A stretch of 64,000 bases of DNA from Oscillospiraceae bacterium (GCA_036644375.1 JAVXQD010000002.1:13897-77896); one strand, 5' to 3'; counted from the stretch's first letter, positions 48,827-59,669 are shown. Numbers and translations are program-made. The notes: generated by a model not told the origin, from the sequence alone.

Positions 48827-51073
48827 ATGTCAAAAAAAGAAACCGCCACCATTAAAGGTATGAGCTGCGCTTCCTGCTCTGCCTCGGTAGAAAAAGCCGT
48901 CAGCCGCCTGCCTTTTGTTGAAAGGGCGGCGGTTAATCTCGCCACCGAAAAGCTGAGCGTCATTTTCGACGAAAAGCAGGGCTCGCTCGAGGATGTCGCA
49001 AACGCTGTGCGCCGCGCCGGTTTCTCTCTCGTGGAGGACACCGAGGACGCGGATGAAAAGCGGTTTGCGGAACAGAGCCGCGCTTTGCGTTCGCAGAGAA
49101 ATCGGCTTATTGTCGCGCTCTCGTTCACAATACCTCTGTTTTATATCGCAATGGCGCATATGATAAGCTTTGTGACGCTCCCATACCCCGCTTTTCTAAT
49201 GCCCATGACTCACCCGCTGACCTTTGCACTGGTTCAACTCGCGCTGACGATTCCGGTTATGATTTGCGGAGGCAGGTTTTACACAAACGGATTCAAAGCG
49301 CTGTTCAAGGGGCATCCGAATATGGACAGTCTCGTGGCGGTCGGAACCTCAGCCGCCTTTATATACAGCCTGTATTCGCTAATGCGCATTATACAGGGCG
49401 ATGCACATGCGAGTATGGACATGTATTTTGAATCCGGCGCTATGATTATAACACTGATTATGGTCGGAAAATATCTCGAGGCACGCGCAAAGCAAAAAAC
49501 CGGAAATGCAATCGCAAGTCTTTACTCTCTCAGCTCTCCGACCGCGACCGTTGAGAAGGACGGGCGCTCCGAGCTTGTGGACATTGATTTTTTGAAAATC
49601 GGGGATATCGTAATTGTCAAGCCCGGTGAGAAAATTCCCGCTGACGGGGTTGTTGTCGAGGGTGCAAGCTCGGTCGACGAATCCATGCTCACGGGCGAGA
49701 GCATGCCGATTGACAAAAAGGCGGGCGACAGTGTCACCGGTGCGACCGTAAACAAAAACGGGGCTCTGCGCGTCCGTGTCGGCAGACTCGGCAGGGACAG
49801 CACTCTCTCGCAGATTATACATCTCGTAGAGGAGGCGCAGGGGCAAAAAGCGCCTATTGCGAAGCTTGCGGATGTTGTTTCCGGATACTTCGTGCCCATA
49901 TCGATGTCGATTGCACTTGTCGCGGCAGTTATCTGGGCAGTCGCAGGTCGGGATCTGTCCTTTGTTCTCAAAATCTTTGTATCTGTTCTGGTGATTGCCT
50001 GTCCGTGTGCTCTGGGTCTTGCGACACCGACCGCCATTATGGTCGGCACCGGTAAGGGCGCCTCAAAGGGCATACTTTTCAAAAACGGAGAGGCCATTGA
50101 AACGGCCAAAGCAGTGACCGTGGTTCTGCTCGACAAAACGGGAACCATCACAAAGGGGGAACCCGCAGTCACGGATATAGCGGCCAAAAACGGATTTTCC
50201 GAGTCCGAGCTTATCGCGCTTGCCGCAGCGGCGGAACATCTGTCCGAGCATCCGCTCGGCGAGGCTATCGTGCGCTGTGCGGACGAAAAAGGCCTGAAGC
50301 TCGGCAAAAGTGAGGGGTACACGGCTTTATCGGGTCTCGGAATCGAGGTCACCGTTGACGGCAGGAGGATAAACGGCGGAAATCTCGCATATATGCACAA
50401 GCTGAATGTAGACGTCCATTCCGCTGAAAGCGAGGCTCAGGCGCTTGCCAACGAAGCGAAAACTCCGCTCTACTTCGCGGCGGACGGCATCTTTGCCGGG
50501 ATAGTCGCTGTAGCCGATGTGGTAAAGAACGACAGCCGCGAGGCAATCGCGCGGCTGCATCATTTGGGAATCCGCACGGTGATGATAACCGGAGACAACA
50601 AGGCGACCGCAAACGCAATTGCAGCGTCGGTGGGCATAGACGAGGTGGTAGCCGAGGTTATGCCCGAGGACAAGGCTGAGGTTGTGAAGCGATACCGCGA
50701 GAGAGGCGACTGCGTCGCAATGGTCGGCGATGGCATAAATGACGCGCCCGCTCTTGCGTTCTCCAATGTCGGAATCGCAATCGGCAGCGGAACAGATGTT
50801 GCAATCGAGTCCGCTGATATTGTCCTTATGGGCAGCTCGCTTTTGGGTGTTGCGTCCGCAATAAAGCTATCCCGCGCCGTTATCCGAAATATAAAGCAAA
50901 ATCTCTTTTGGGCATTTTGTTACAATTCGGTCGGAATACCGATTGCGGCGGGTCTGCTATTCGCGTTTGGCGGTCCGCTGCTCAACCCAGTTATTGCCGC
51001 GGCGGCAATGTCACTGTCATCTGTAAGCGTTGTTTCCAATGCTTTAAGACTGAATTTAATTAAACTTGACTGA
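48827..51073 (+). CDS. copA: Copper-translocating P1B-type ATPase
   Basis: N-terminal GMSCASC metal-binding domain; CPC motif ([13 protein letters not shown]); DKTGT phosphorylation site; GDGINDAP. Confidence 0.94.
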   Translation: MSKKETATIKGMSCASCSASVEKAVSRLPFVERAAVNLATEKLSVIFDEKQGSLEDVANAVRRAGFSLVEDTEDADEKRFAEQSRALRSQRNRLIVALSFTIPLFYIAMAHMISFVTLPYPAFLMPMTHPLTFALVQLALTIPVMICGGRFYTNGFKALFKGHPNMDSLVAVGTSAAFIYSLYSLMRIIQGDAHASMDMYFESGAMIITLIMVGKYLEARAKQKTGNAIASLYSLSSPTATVEKDGRSELVDIDFLKIGDIVIVKPGEKIPADGVVVEGASSVDESMLTGESMPIDKKAGDSVTGATVNKNGALRVRVGRLGRDSTLSQIIHLVEEAQGQKAPIAKLADVVSGYFVPISMSIALVAAVIWAVAGRDLSFVLKIFVSVLVIACPCALGLATPTAIMVGTGKGASKGILFKNGEAIETAKAVTVVLLDKTGTITKGEPAVTDIAAKNGFSESELIALAAAAEHLSEHPLGEAIVRCADEKGLKLGKSEGYTALSGLGIEVTVDGRRINGGNLAYMHKLNVDVHSAESEAQALANEAKTPLYFAADGIFAGIVAVADVVKNDSREAIARLHHLGIRTVMITGDNKATANAIAASVGIDEVVAEVMPEDKAEVVKRYRERGDCVAMVGDGINDAPALAFSNVGIAIGSGTDVAIESADIVLMGSSLLGVASAIKLSRAVIRNIKQNLFWAFCYNSVGIPIAAGLLFAFGGPLLNPVIAAAAMSLSSVSVVSNALRLNLIKLD

Positions 51074-51090
51074 AATCGGAGGAAATTTAC

Positions 51091-51297
51091 ATGAAAACAC
51101 AAATCGATATCAACGGGATGTCCTGCGGACATTGCAAAATGCGCATTGAGAACGCTCTCTCAAATCTTGCCGGTGTCGAGAAATTCGACGTATCCATTGA
51201 GGATAAGCACGCTGTTGTGGAATACAATGACAGCGTCGTGTCGCTCGATGCAATCGAGGAGGCAATTGAAGCGCTCGGTTTTGACGTCGCGTATTAA
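51091..51297 (+). CDS. copZ: Heavy-metal-associated copper chaperone
   Basis: 68 aa with GMSCGHC; GGAGG SD. Confidence 0.9.
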   Translation: MKTQIDINGMSCGHCKMRIENALSNLAGVEKFDVSIEDKHAVVEYNDSVVSLDAIEEAIEALGFDVAY

Positions 51298-51362
51298 AAT
51301 CCCTGTCGTGCGGGGGCAATCGATGCTGCTGTAATGTGTTCTCGTCATGATCGGATGTATAA

Positions 51363-51418
51363 AAAAGAAAAGATACCGTCTGCGCTCCTTAAAGGGGAGC
51401 AGATGGTATCTTTTTCTT
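51363..51418 (+). terminator. Rho-independent terminator after copZ
   Basis: AGATACCGTCTGCGCTCC and GGAGCAGATGGTATCT form an imperfect stem, followed by TTTTTCTTT. Confidence 0.75.
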
Positions 51419-51481
51419 TGAAAATAACCGCCTTTATGAGGGAATACTAAATCAATAGAGAATAAAGGCGGTGATAAATTT

Positions 51482-51628
51482 ATGGATAACCCTATTTCCA
51501 ACAACAAGGTGGCGCAAATTGTTGAAGAGGCGGCAAAGGTCGATGCCGATTTTGACCCGAACGGAAGCTATACCGGAAACCCTGTGAATGAGAGAGAAAC
51601 TCCGACTCAGGACGCAGACGATCTTTAA
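51482..51628 (+). CDS. Candidate 48-aa acidic small protein
   Basis: Hand-translated: MDNPISNNKVAQIVEEAAKVDADFDPNGSYTGNPVNERETPTQDADDL. AAAGGCGGTGA SD lies 8-9 nt upstream. The ORF is below the ORF-track cutoff. Confidence 0.45.
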   Translation: MDNPISNNKVAQIVEEAAKVDADFDPNGSYTGNPVNERETPTQDADDL

Positions 51629-51719
51629 GACCGATCGCTAAACTCGCTTAAACGGGAGTTTAGCGAAGCATTGTATTGTTCGTGAGCTTTCGAAAATCAC
51701 AAGCCAACACGATAGTCTG

Positions 51720-54413
51720 TCAACCTGCCGCGGCAGCTGCGGCCGCGGCGGCTGCGGCTTGCTCCTCGGGGGTGGGCACAAACTCGTGGCTGCAATATTT
51801 CGGAACATTGTCCTTTTTGTAATATCCGGTTTTGGTCGCCGGGCATGCGCCGGACGCGAGATATCCGGTTGACGGACAGTACTGCGCGACAACAACATCG
51901 TCAACAACGGGGAAGTTCTTAGGCTCCTTGTTCTCGCTGATGCGGCTCATAACCAGATTAAATGCAATTTGAGTCGGGTGCGGGCGGAGATTCGGGAGAT
52001 TGTCCTTTTGATCATAGCCCTCCCAAACTGCCATTACATAATACGGGTTCATGCCGATTGCCCAAAAGTCGTTATCCTCAGATGATGTTCCTGTCTTTCC
52101 GGCAAGGTCGAATTTGTTGTTTTTAAGTGTGCCGAGAGCCCTTGTATTGCAATAGCGCATGGCCGTACCTGTGCCGTAGCCCTCTTTGACGACTCCCTGC
52201 AAAAGACGATTCATAATCATGGCTGTATCGTCGGAAAGCGCCTTGATTGTCTGGATGTTCTTCTCCTTATCAAGCACCACATTTCCGCGTGAATCAGCAA
52301 CTTTTCTGTAGCAGTGCGGTGTTCTGTATGTGCCGTCATTGGCAAACACCTGATACGCTCCCGCCATTTCATACGGGCTGACACCGTAGCTCAGACCGCC
52401 CAGCGCGAGAGACATCGTGCGGTCGGTAACTCCGCCCGGCACATCCACAAGGGAGGTAATTCCGAGACTTGTCGACAGAAAATCAAATGCGTAGTCCGGC
52501 CCGATAAGCTTAATTGCAGAGGCTGCCGTCGTGTTGAGTGACTTTGCAAGACCCTCATAGACGGTCACAGCAGATCCGTATTGTCTGCTGTAGTTTCGCG
52601 GCCAAGGCTGACCGTCAACCACATCCACCGGCGCATCCGCAAACAGTGTTGAAAATGTTATTTTATCAAGCTCAAGCGCCGGAGCATATGCCGCAATCGG
52701 CTTCATTGACGAACCGGTTTGACGAACCGAATCAACAGCGCGATTAAGGCAGAGGCTTCCCTCCTTTGTCCTTATACCACCGGAAACCCCCTTGAGCTCT
52801 CCCGTGTTGACATCGAGAACAACCATAGCGGACTGAACCTGATTTTTTGCCAGTACCTCTATTTTCTTTCCGTCCGCATCAAGGACAAACTCATCATTTT
52901 CGTCCTTTTGATATTCATATTCCATCTTTGGCCAAAAGCGCTCGTCCGAGTCATTCTCCCAATATTTCGGGTTCATGGTGACGTCCTCGACAGTATCCTG
53001 AACAAGCGGGTCCATAGTCATGTATACTGTCAGTCCGCCCTTGTTGTAGAACAGATCATATGCCTCAGCTTCGGTGAGTCCGTTGATTTCCTGAAGATCC
53101 CTCATTACCTCGCGGACAACCGTGTCCGTGAAATAGCTGTATATATGGCTTTCTGCAGTATTTCCGCCCGGCTCGGTAAACTCAAATGTCGCGCTCTCGG
53201 CGAGCGCCTTGTTATAGTCCTCATCGCTGATTTCTCCGCGCTCGTGCATCGTCCACAAAACCACGTCCTCACGCTCACGCTTGTTCTCCTCCGGGTTAAG
53301 GAACGGGTCATACGCCGTTGGGAATTTCGTGATACAGACAATAGCCGCACTCTCGGCGGTTGTGAGATCCTTTGTCGTCTTGTTGAAATAATGGTTTGCC
53401 GCAGACTCGATTCCGCCTATCTGACCGCCGAGACGGAATGTGTTGAGATAAGCCTCGAGAATCTGCTCCTTTGAATATTTTCGCTCAAGCATAAATGCGC
53501 GGTAAATCTCGCGCAGCTTTCTCAGCGCGCCGTCAATGCCGCCCGCACTTTTATCCTCGGTTATATTCTTTATAAGCTGCTGGGTTATTGTCGAGCCGCC
53601 CTGTGTGTTTTCAGACATTTTAAAGACGTATTCATTGATAAACGCAAACATCGTGCGCTTGATATCGACTCCGTTATGCTGCCAGAATCTCTGGTCCTCG
53701 GAGGATACAGTAACGTCAATAAGCTCCTGCGGAAATTCCTTGTAATCGACCCACACACGGTTTTCATCGCCGAATATGCGCTCGTACTCGTACCATTCCT
53801 CGGTCTCGGTGTCCTGCGCCATGAGGCGCGTTGCATAGCTCAGCTTTATCGAATTGAGATCGAGTATTTCATCGTCGTTCACCGTAACTTTCGCAAGGTA
53901 CATGGCGGCGGCAACCGAAACCACACATACGCTGATGATGCCTATGCAGAATAAAAACAGAACGACCTTTCCGAACCTGCGCCAGCCGGTATGCGGTTTT
54001 TTATATTCGCTCTCAACCTTCGATTTGTTCGTTTTCTCATCTTTTTTTGAGGGCTTGCCGCCCTTCGTCGATTTTGATTTAGCGGAATTCCCGCTTTTTT
54101 CGCCATTTGACGATTTCGCCTTTGCGGAATCCCCGCTTTTACCGCTTTTTGCCTCATCCGACGCGGCGGAATCAAAAACCTCAACACCGCTTTTTTTGTC
54201 CTTAAGACTGACAAAGCCCGTGTCTGATTTTTCATAATCTCCAAGATTTATATAATCCGGATCATATCGGTTGGCACTGCGTTTTTTTGCGTCTGCCGTA
54301 TCCTCAAGAGCACCGCTCTCGTCAAGCTTCGCAAAAAAATCATCAATATGCTTGTCCGAGCCAACGCCGGACTGATCCGATTTTTCTGTTGATTTGTTTT
54401 TATTTTCATCCAT
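51720..54413 (-). CDS. Class A penicillin-binding protein (GT51 transglycosylase plus transpeptidase)
   Basis: EDQRFWQHNGVD (GT51), STGSSMKP-type SxxK (GSSMKP), SLN and KTGTS motifs. It has a ~150-aa Lys/Ser-rich cytoplasmic N-terminus and a C-terminal poly-Ala. Confidence 0.93.
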   Translation of the reverse strand: MDENKNKSTEKSDQSGVGSDKHIDDFFAKLDESGALEDTADAKKRSANRYDPDYINLGDYEKSDTGFVSLKDKKSGVEVFDSAASDEAKSGKSGDSAKAKSSNGEKSGNSAKSKSTKGGKPSKKDEKTNKSKVESEYKKPHTGWRRFGKVVLFLFCIGIISVCVVSVAAAMYLAKVTVNDDEILDLNSIKLSYATRLMAQDTETEEWYEYERIFGDENRVWVDYKEFPQELIDVTVSSEDQRFWQHNGVDIKRTMFAFINEYVFKMSENTQGGSTITQQLIKNITEDKSAGGIDGALRKLREIYRAFMLERKYSKEQILEAYLNTFRLGGQIGGIESAANHYFNKTTKDLTTAESAAIVCITKFPTAYDPFLNPEENKREREDVVLWTMHERGEISDEDYNKALAESATFEFTEPGGNTAESHIYSYFTDTVVREVMRDLQEINGLTEAEAYDLFYNKGGLTVYMTMDPLVQDTVEDVTMNPKYWENDSDERFWPKMEYEYQKDENDEFVLDADGKKIEVLAKNQVQSAMVVLDVNTGELKGVSGGIRTKEGSLCLNRAVDSVRQTGSSMKPIAAYAPALELDKITFSTLFADAPVDVVDGQPWPRNYSRQYGSAVTVYEGLAKSLNTTAASAIKLIGPDYAFDFLSTSLGITSLVDVPGGVTDRTMSLALGGLSYGVSPYEMAGAYQVFANDGTYRTPHCYRKVADSRGNVVLDKEKNIQTIKALSDDTAMIMNRLLQGVVKEGYGTGTAMRYCNTRALGTLKNNKFDLAGKTGTSSEDNDFWAIGMNPYYVMAVWEGYDQKDNLPNLRPHPTQIAFNLVMSRISENKEPKNFPVVDDVVVAQYCPSTGYLASGACPATKTGYYKKDNVPKYCSHEFVPTPEEQAAAAAAAAAAAG

Positions 54414-54606
54414 ATTAGAAGAAGCTCTCCTTTCGTCCCCGCTGTTACTTTTGCCTTCATGTCATAAACTATATGATTATACCATATTCCATTTAAACTG
54501 TTAAGTGGTTATTTTTGATTCAGCCTGTTGCATGCCGCCGGAATATATTATGTGATTTTGTCGGGTGATTCATGCTATTATATATAAAAAAGCCGAGGCT
54601 TACAAT

Positions 54607-55209
54607 ATGATTAATTATCAACAGGAGCTTGAAAAAAAGCTCTGCTCTATCGGCGGAGCAGCGCCGCGCCTTCTGCTGCATTGCTGCTGTGCCGTATGCT
54701 CGTCCTATGTGCTGGAATATCTGTCGCGCTATTTTGACATCACGATTCTGTTTTACAACCCGAACATCTTCCCCGCCGCGGAATACGAGCATCGAAAAGC
54801 GGAGCTTGTTCGGCTGATAAACACGGTTGAATATCCCGCTCCGATAGAGATTGCGGACTGCGACTACAGCCATTCCGAATATCTTGAATTCATAAAAGGA
54901 CTTGAATCCGAGCCGGAGGGAGGGGCGAGATGCCGAAAATGCTTTGAGCTGAGGCTTCGCAAATCTGCGGAAATTGCAAAATCAAAAGGAATACCGCTTA
55001 TCTGCACAACACTGACAATAAGTCCGCACAAAAACGCCTCGGTGATAAACGAGCTCGGCGAATGCATCTGTGCGGAATACGGGCTTGAGTGGCTGCCGAA
55101 TGATTTCAAAAAGAAAAACGGATATCTCCGCGCAAACAGGCTTGCCGCCGAGCTGGAGATTTACAGGCAAAACTACTGCGGGTGTGAATTTGCAGCGCCG
55201 AATCGGTGA
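54607..55209 (+). CDS. queH: Epoxyqueuosine reductase QueH (DUF208)
   Basis: LLLHCCCAVCSSY..., ...CRKCFELRL..., ...YRQNYCGCEF are the typical QueH Cys pattern. Start chosen at ATG 54607. Confidence 0.88.
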   Translation: MINYQQELEKKLCSIGGAAPRLLLHCCCAVCSSYVLEYLSRYFDITILFYNPNIFPAAEYEHRKAELVRLINTVEYPAPIEIADCDYSHSEYLEFIKGLESEPEGGARCRKCFELRLRKSAEIAKSKGIPLICTTLTISPHKNASVINELGECICAEYGLEWLPNDFKKKNGYLRANRLAAELEIYRQNYCGCEFAAPNR

Positions 55210-55307
55210 CTCTCGCCCAGACTGACTTTCGATTTTGAACGGGGATTCGCATATGCTCTGCTTTTTATCCGCACATGCTTTAAAGCACGTCTTATCGGAA
55301 AAAGCCC

Positions 55308-57104
55308 TCACAGCTTTTTTAATATGTAGCTCCAGGGTGCCATAACAACCGTTTTTCCGTTCGGAGCGGCAACCGAGGCAATTTCCTCGCTTCGGTTTAC
55401 GGCGACAAAGACCTCGCCGTTTCCCCTGCTCTTTCTCAAATACGCAACCACGCCGCCGTCGTTCTTTATCGGGTGAAGCTCACCGTCCGCAAATATTGCG
55501 CGATTTTCGCGTCGGAACGCGGATATTTTTTCAAGACAGCCGCGCACATTCAAATCCATGCTGTCCCATCGCATAAAGCCGCGGCAAAACGGATCTCCGA
55601 AGCCCTGCATTCCGATTTCGTCGCCGTAATATACACAGGGTATGCCCGGAAGTGTAAATTGAAGTACAAAGCAAAGCTTGAGCATCTCTACTCCGCGCAG
55701 ATATTCGTCGGTGCCGAGCCTTCGGTTCGCAAGCCACTCCTTTGTGTGAGTCATGCTCTCGTCCCCGCAGCTCAGCGCATTGATTGCCCGCTCGGTGTCG
55801 TGCGTGGACAGCATATTCATCATCTGGTCGAGCATCTCTTTGGGATAGTTCTCGCATATTTCCGTGACGCTGCTCATAAAGCCCATCGCGTCAGCTGTTT
55901 TGACAAAGTTCAGAATCGCTGTTCTGAACGGGTAGTTCATCGTCGAATCAAGCTCTGTGCCCCACAGAAACCGTCTGCGTCTGCCATAGCTTATCTTGTT
56001 GCTCGCGTCCTCCCAGACCTCGCCTATGAGAATTTTATCGCTTCCGTTTCGCTTGACTCCGCTCCGTATTTTTTCGATAAATCCGTCCGGCAGCTCATCT
56101 GCGACGTCGAGCCTGAACCCGTCCGCACCAAGCTTAATCCAATAATCAATAACCCCGCCCTTTCCGCAGATAAAATCGGAGAAATTCTCATCCTCCTCAT
56201 TCACCTCGGGCAGGGTTTTAAAGCCCCACCAGCTCGCGTACTCGTCCGGGAATCTGCTGAACTTATACCAGCTCGCGTATTTGCTGTCCCTGCTCTGATA
56301 TGCGCCGACACTGTCGTATCTGCCGAGCTTGTTGAAATACACGCTGTCCGCCCCTGTATGGCTGAACACGCCGTCAAGCACAATCTTTATTCCACGCCTG
56401 TGCGCGGATGAGCAGAGTTTTTTAAAATCCTTTTCGGTGCCCAGCACAGGGTCTGCCTTTTTGTAATCCGCAGTGTCATAGCGGTGGTTTGAATGCGCCT
56501 CTCCTATTGGATTCAAATATATGCAGTCAATGCCCAGCTGCTTCAAATAGTCCAGCTTTTCCTCGATACCTCGCAGATTTCCTCCGAAATAGTCGTGGTT
56601 TTTGACCTCTCCGGTCTCGTCGGGAAGATAGCTCGGCAAATCGCTGAGGTCAGTGTGAAAGGTTCTGTCACCGTACGGTGAGCTTAAAACGCCGCACTTT
56701 CCTATATTGAACCGATCGGGGAAAATCTGGTACATCGCGCCGCCGCAAAATCGGCTCGCGGGGCGGTATTCCGCGTCGAAAACCGTCTGCTGAAACAGTG
56801 ACGGGTGCGAGCGCATCTCGGTCAATACCCCCTCGCCGAAATCCCCTCGGACGACCTGCGTGTGATTGGGGAGCACAAACATATAGAAGTACAGACCCGC
56901 CTCGGCGAACAGATAGTCCGCCTCAAATATCTCCCCGTTCCTGTTCATGGAGATAAGCACAGGGCGAATCGATCCGTCCTTGAAAACAGCAAGCGTCGCC
57001 GTCTGCGCATCGGATTTAAAAATCCGAAAGGTTACCTTCGTTCCCGATTTCACCGCGCCGAACGGTGTTTTATGTTCGGCGCGGCGGCTGTTGTATATGC
57101 TCAT
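55308..57104 (-). CDS. GH13 alpha-amylase-family enzyme (neopullulanase/cyclomaltodextrinase-like, intracellular)
   Basis: GH13 conserved regions: GADGFRLDVADE, GEVWED, LSTHDTER. No signal peptide. Confidence 0.88.
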   Translation of the reverse strand: MSIYNSRRAEHKTPFGAVKSGTKVTFRIFKSDAQTATLAVFKDGSIRPVLISMNRNGEIFEADYLFAEAGLYFYMFVLPNHTQVVRGDFGEGVLTEMRSHPSLFQQTVFDAEYRPASRFCGGAMYQIFPDRFNIGKCGVLSSPYGDRTFHTDLSDLPSYLPDETGEVKNHDYFGGNLRGIEEKLDYLKQLGIDCIYLNPIGEAHSNHRYDTADYKKADPVLGTEKDFKKLCSSAHRRGIKIVLDGVFSHTGADSVYFNKLGRYDSVGAYQSRDSKYASWYKFSRFPDEYASWWGFKTLPEVNEEDENFSDFICGKGGVIDYWIKLGADGFRLDVADELPDGFIEKIRSGVKRNGSDKILIGEVWEDASNKISYGRRRRFLWGTELDSTMNYPFRTAILNFVKTADAMGFMSSVTEICENYPKEMLDQMMNMLSTHDTERAINALSCGDESMTHTKEWLANRRLGTDEYLRGVEMLKLCFVLQFTLPGIPCVYYGDEIGMQGFGDPFCRGFMRWDSMDLNVRGCLEKISAFRRENRAIFADGELHPIKNDGGVVAYLRKSRGNGEVFVAVNRSEEIASVAAPNGKTVVMAPWSYILKKL

Positions 57105-57126
57105 TTGTAAAAACCGCCTGTTGATT

Positions 57127-59538
57127 TTATCTTACGTGCTTCAGATCCCATATCTTGCGCGCATATTCGGTAACCGCGCGGTCAGCCGAGAACACACCCG
57201 ATTCCGCAATGTTCATAAGCGACATTCTGTTCCATTTTGCGGGGTTCTTGTAAGCCGCGTCAATTCTCTCCTGTGTCTCGCGATAGCTCTCAAAGTCGGC
57301 AAGCACGAGATACGGGTCCTGATTCATGAGATTGTTCGCAAGGTCTGTATAGCTGTTTCCGTCAAAGCCGCGGCTGATAAAATCGAGCACGCGCTTTACG
57401 TTTTGATCCGAACCGTAATATTTAATCGGCGAGTATCCTGATGCTTTTTTGGCGATAACCTCTTCCTTGGTCATTCCGAACAGGAAGAAATTGTCCGCTC
57501 CGCACGCCTCGCGTATCTCGACATTTGCCCCGTCAAGCGTTCCCAGTGTCAGCGCGCCGTTCAGCATCAGCTTCATATTTCCCGTGCCTGACGCCTCCGT
57601 GCCCGCAAGCGATATCTGCTCGCTCACCTCTGCCGCCGGCATAAGCAGCTCGGAAACCGTGACCCTGTAATCCTCAAGATAGACAATGCGCAGCTTGTCG
57701 CGCAGCTGCTCGTCATGCTCTAACAGCTCCTGCATACCGCAGATAAGACGTATCATCTGCTTTGCGATATAATACCCGGGCGCGGCCTTCGCGCCGAAAA
57801 TGTATGTGCGCGGAACAAAATCCATATTTGGATTTTCCTTGAGCATGAGGTACTGGTGAATTATATGCATGGCGTTCAGGTGCTGGCGCTTGTACTCGTG
57901 CATTCTCTTTGCCTGAACATCAAAAACAGAATCGGGATTTATCGGATAATCCAACGATTTGTTCGCATATTCGGCAAGGCGCTTTTTGTTTTCAAGCTTT
58001 ATCTGTGCAAGCCTGTTCAGCACCTTCTTATCGTCGGCAAACTTTTTGAATTTAGACAGCTCGGACGCGTCGGTTTTAAATCCGTCTCCGATAGTGTCGC
58101 TCAGAAGCTCGGTCAGCCCCTCGTTGCTCTGAAGCAACCAGCGGCGATATGCTATTCCATTTGTAACGTTTTTGAATTTCTGCGGCGCGAAAAGATAAAA
58201 ATCGTGAAACACCTCGTCCTTGATTATCTCGCTGTGCAGCTTTGAGACTCCGTTTACGCTGTGCGCCATAAAGCAGCACAGATTCGCCATGCGAACATAT
58301 CCATCGCCGAGCACCGCCATGTAGGAGATTTTTCCGATATCTCCGGGGAACCGCTTATCGAGCTCCTCGCGCTCCACCCTGTCGATTTCCTCTATTATCT
58401 GATATATTCTCGGAAGTGTCGATTTGAACATGTCTATGTTCCACTTTTCAAGCGCCTCGCTCATAACCGTGTGGTTGGTATATGCAAAGGTTCCGCGCGC
58501 GATGCGTGCCGCATCGTCCCAGCTGTAGCCGCACTCATCGAGCATCACGCGTATGAGCTCGGGTATTGCAAGCGTGGGGTGGGTGTCGTTGAGCTGAATC
58601 GCAACCTTTTCGGGCAGATTTTCAAGCGAGCCGTATTGTGCCAAATGCTTTTTGATGATATCGTTGATTGAAGCGCAGCAGAAAAAATACTGCTGACGCA
58701 GACGCAGCACCTTGCCCTCATAATGATTGTCATTCGGATAAAGCACCTTGCTTATAAGCTCGGATGTGCTGTTTGCGCGAAGCGCGGACGCATAGTCGCC
58801 GTTGTTGAAGCTCTCCATGTCAATTCCGACCGCCTCGGCTCTCCACAGTCTCAGTCTGCTGACCGAGCTTGAGTTGTAGCCCGAGATATACATATCATAG
58901 GGAACGGCATTCACCGCATTGTAGTTGTGGTGCTCGACATAGTGGTAGTTGTTCTGCCAGTATTCCTTTATCTCCCCGTCAAAACGAACCTCAATTGCCT
59001 CGTCCTTTTTTTCATCCAGCCATACCTGACCGCCCGGAAGCCAGTTGTCTACAAGCTCCTGCTGCCAGCCGTCGGTTATCTTCTGCTTGAAAATTCCATA
59101 TTCGTACATAATCGAGTAGCCGGTTGCTGTGTATTCCTCGGTCGCAAGTCCGTCCATATAGCACGCGGCAAGCCTGCCCAGTCCCCCGTTGCCGAGTCCC
59201 GCGTCGGGTTCAAGGTCATAGAGCTTCTCAATCGAGATGCCCGCCTCGGCGAGCACCGCCTCGACCTCTTTGTTTATTCCCAAATTGTAGAGGTTATTTT
59301 TGAGCGAACGCCCGACAAGGAATTCCATTGACATATAATAGACCTGCTTTGCGCCCTCACCGTATGTTTTGGCATCATGGTGGCGCAGCTTGTCCTCAAG
59401 CATTCCCTTGACGACTGTCGCCGTCGCTTTATATATCTGCTCATTTGTAGCCGTTGCAAGTGTTTGTGTATACATGCGCTCAAGCCGGTTTGCAAGCTCC
59501 TGCCCAAACGAATCTTTTGTAGTATTGATACGCTTCAA
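57127..59538 (-). CDS. glgP: Glycogen/maltodextrin phosphorylase
   Basis: 803 aa with the PLP-lysine motif EASGTGNMKLMLNGALT. Confidence 0.95.
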   Translation of the reverse strand: MKRINTTKDSFGQELANRLERMYTQTLATATNEQIYKATATVVKGMLEDKLRHHDAKTYGEGAKQVYYMSMEFLVGRSLKNNLYNLGINKEVEAVLAEAGISIEKLYDLEPDAGLGNGGLGRLAACYMDGLATEEYTATGYSIMYEYGIFKQKITDGWQQELVDNWLPGGQVWLDEKKDEAIEVRFDGEIKEYWQNNYHYVEHHNYNAVNAVPYDMYISGYNSSSVSRLRLWRAEAVGIDMESFNNGDYASALRANSTSELISKVLYPNDNHYEGKVLRLRQQYFFCCASINDIIKKHLAQYGSLENLPEKVAIQLNDTHPTLAIPELIRVMLDECGYSWDDAARIARGTFAYTNHTVMSEALEKWNIDMFKSTLPRIYQIIEEIDRVEREELDKRFPGDIGKISYMAVLGDGYVRMANLCCFMAHSVNGVSKLHSEIIKDEVFHDFYLFAPQKFKNVTNGIAYRRWLLQSNEGLTELLSDTIGDGFKTDASELSKFKKFADDKKVLNRLAQIKLENKKRLAEYANKSLDYPINPDSVFDVQAKRMHEYKRQHLNAMHIIHQYLMLKENPNMDFVPRTYIFGAKAAPGYYIAKQMIRLICGMQELLEHDEQLRDKLRIVYLEDYRVTVSELLMPAAEVSEQISLAGTEASGTGNMKLMLNGALTLGTLDGANVEIREACGADNFFLFGMTKEEVIAKKASGYSPIKYYGSDQNVKRVLDFISRGFDGNSYTDLANNLMNQDPYLVLADFESYRETQERIDAAYKNPAKWNRMSLMNIAESGVFSADRAVTEYARKIWDLKHVR

Positions 59539-59640
59539 AGAACCATCACTTCCCTTTTCTCAGTTATTATATTCATTATACCGATAAACACCCGCAGTAT
59601 CAAATAAAATTTGTATTTTCGGCTTTTTTTCAGAATTCTT

Positions 59641-59669
59641 TTGTCAATAATGTTTTTTTGTATTATAAT
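59641..59669 (+). promoter_or_regulatory. SigA-type promoter for the zapA-like/dut/maf gene string
   Basis: TTGTCA 59641-59646, 17 nt, TATAAT 59664-59669. Confidence 0.65.
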
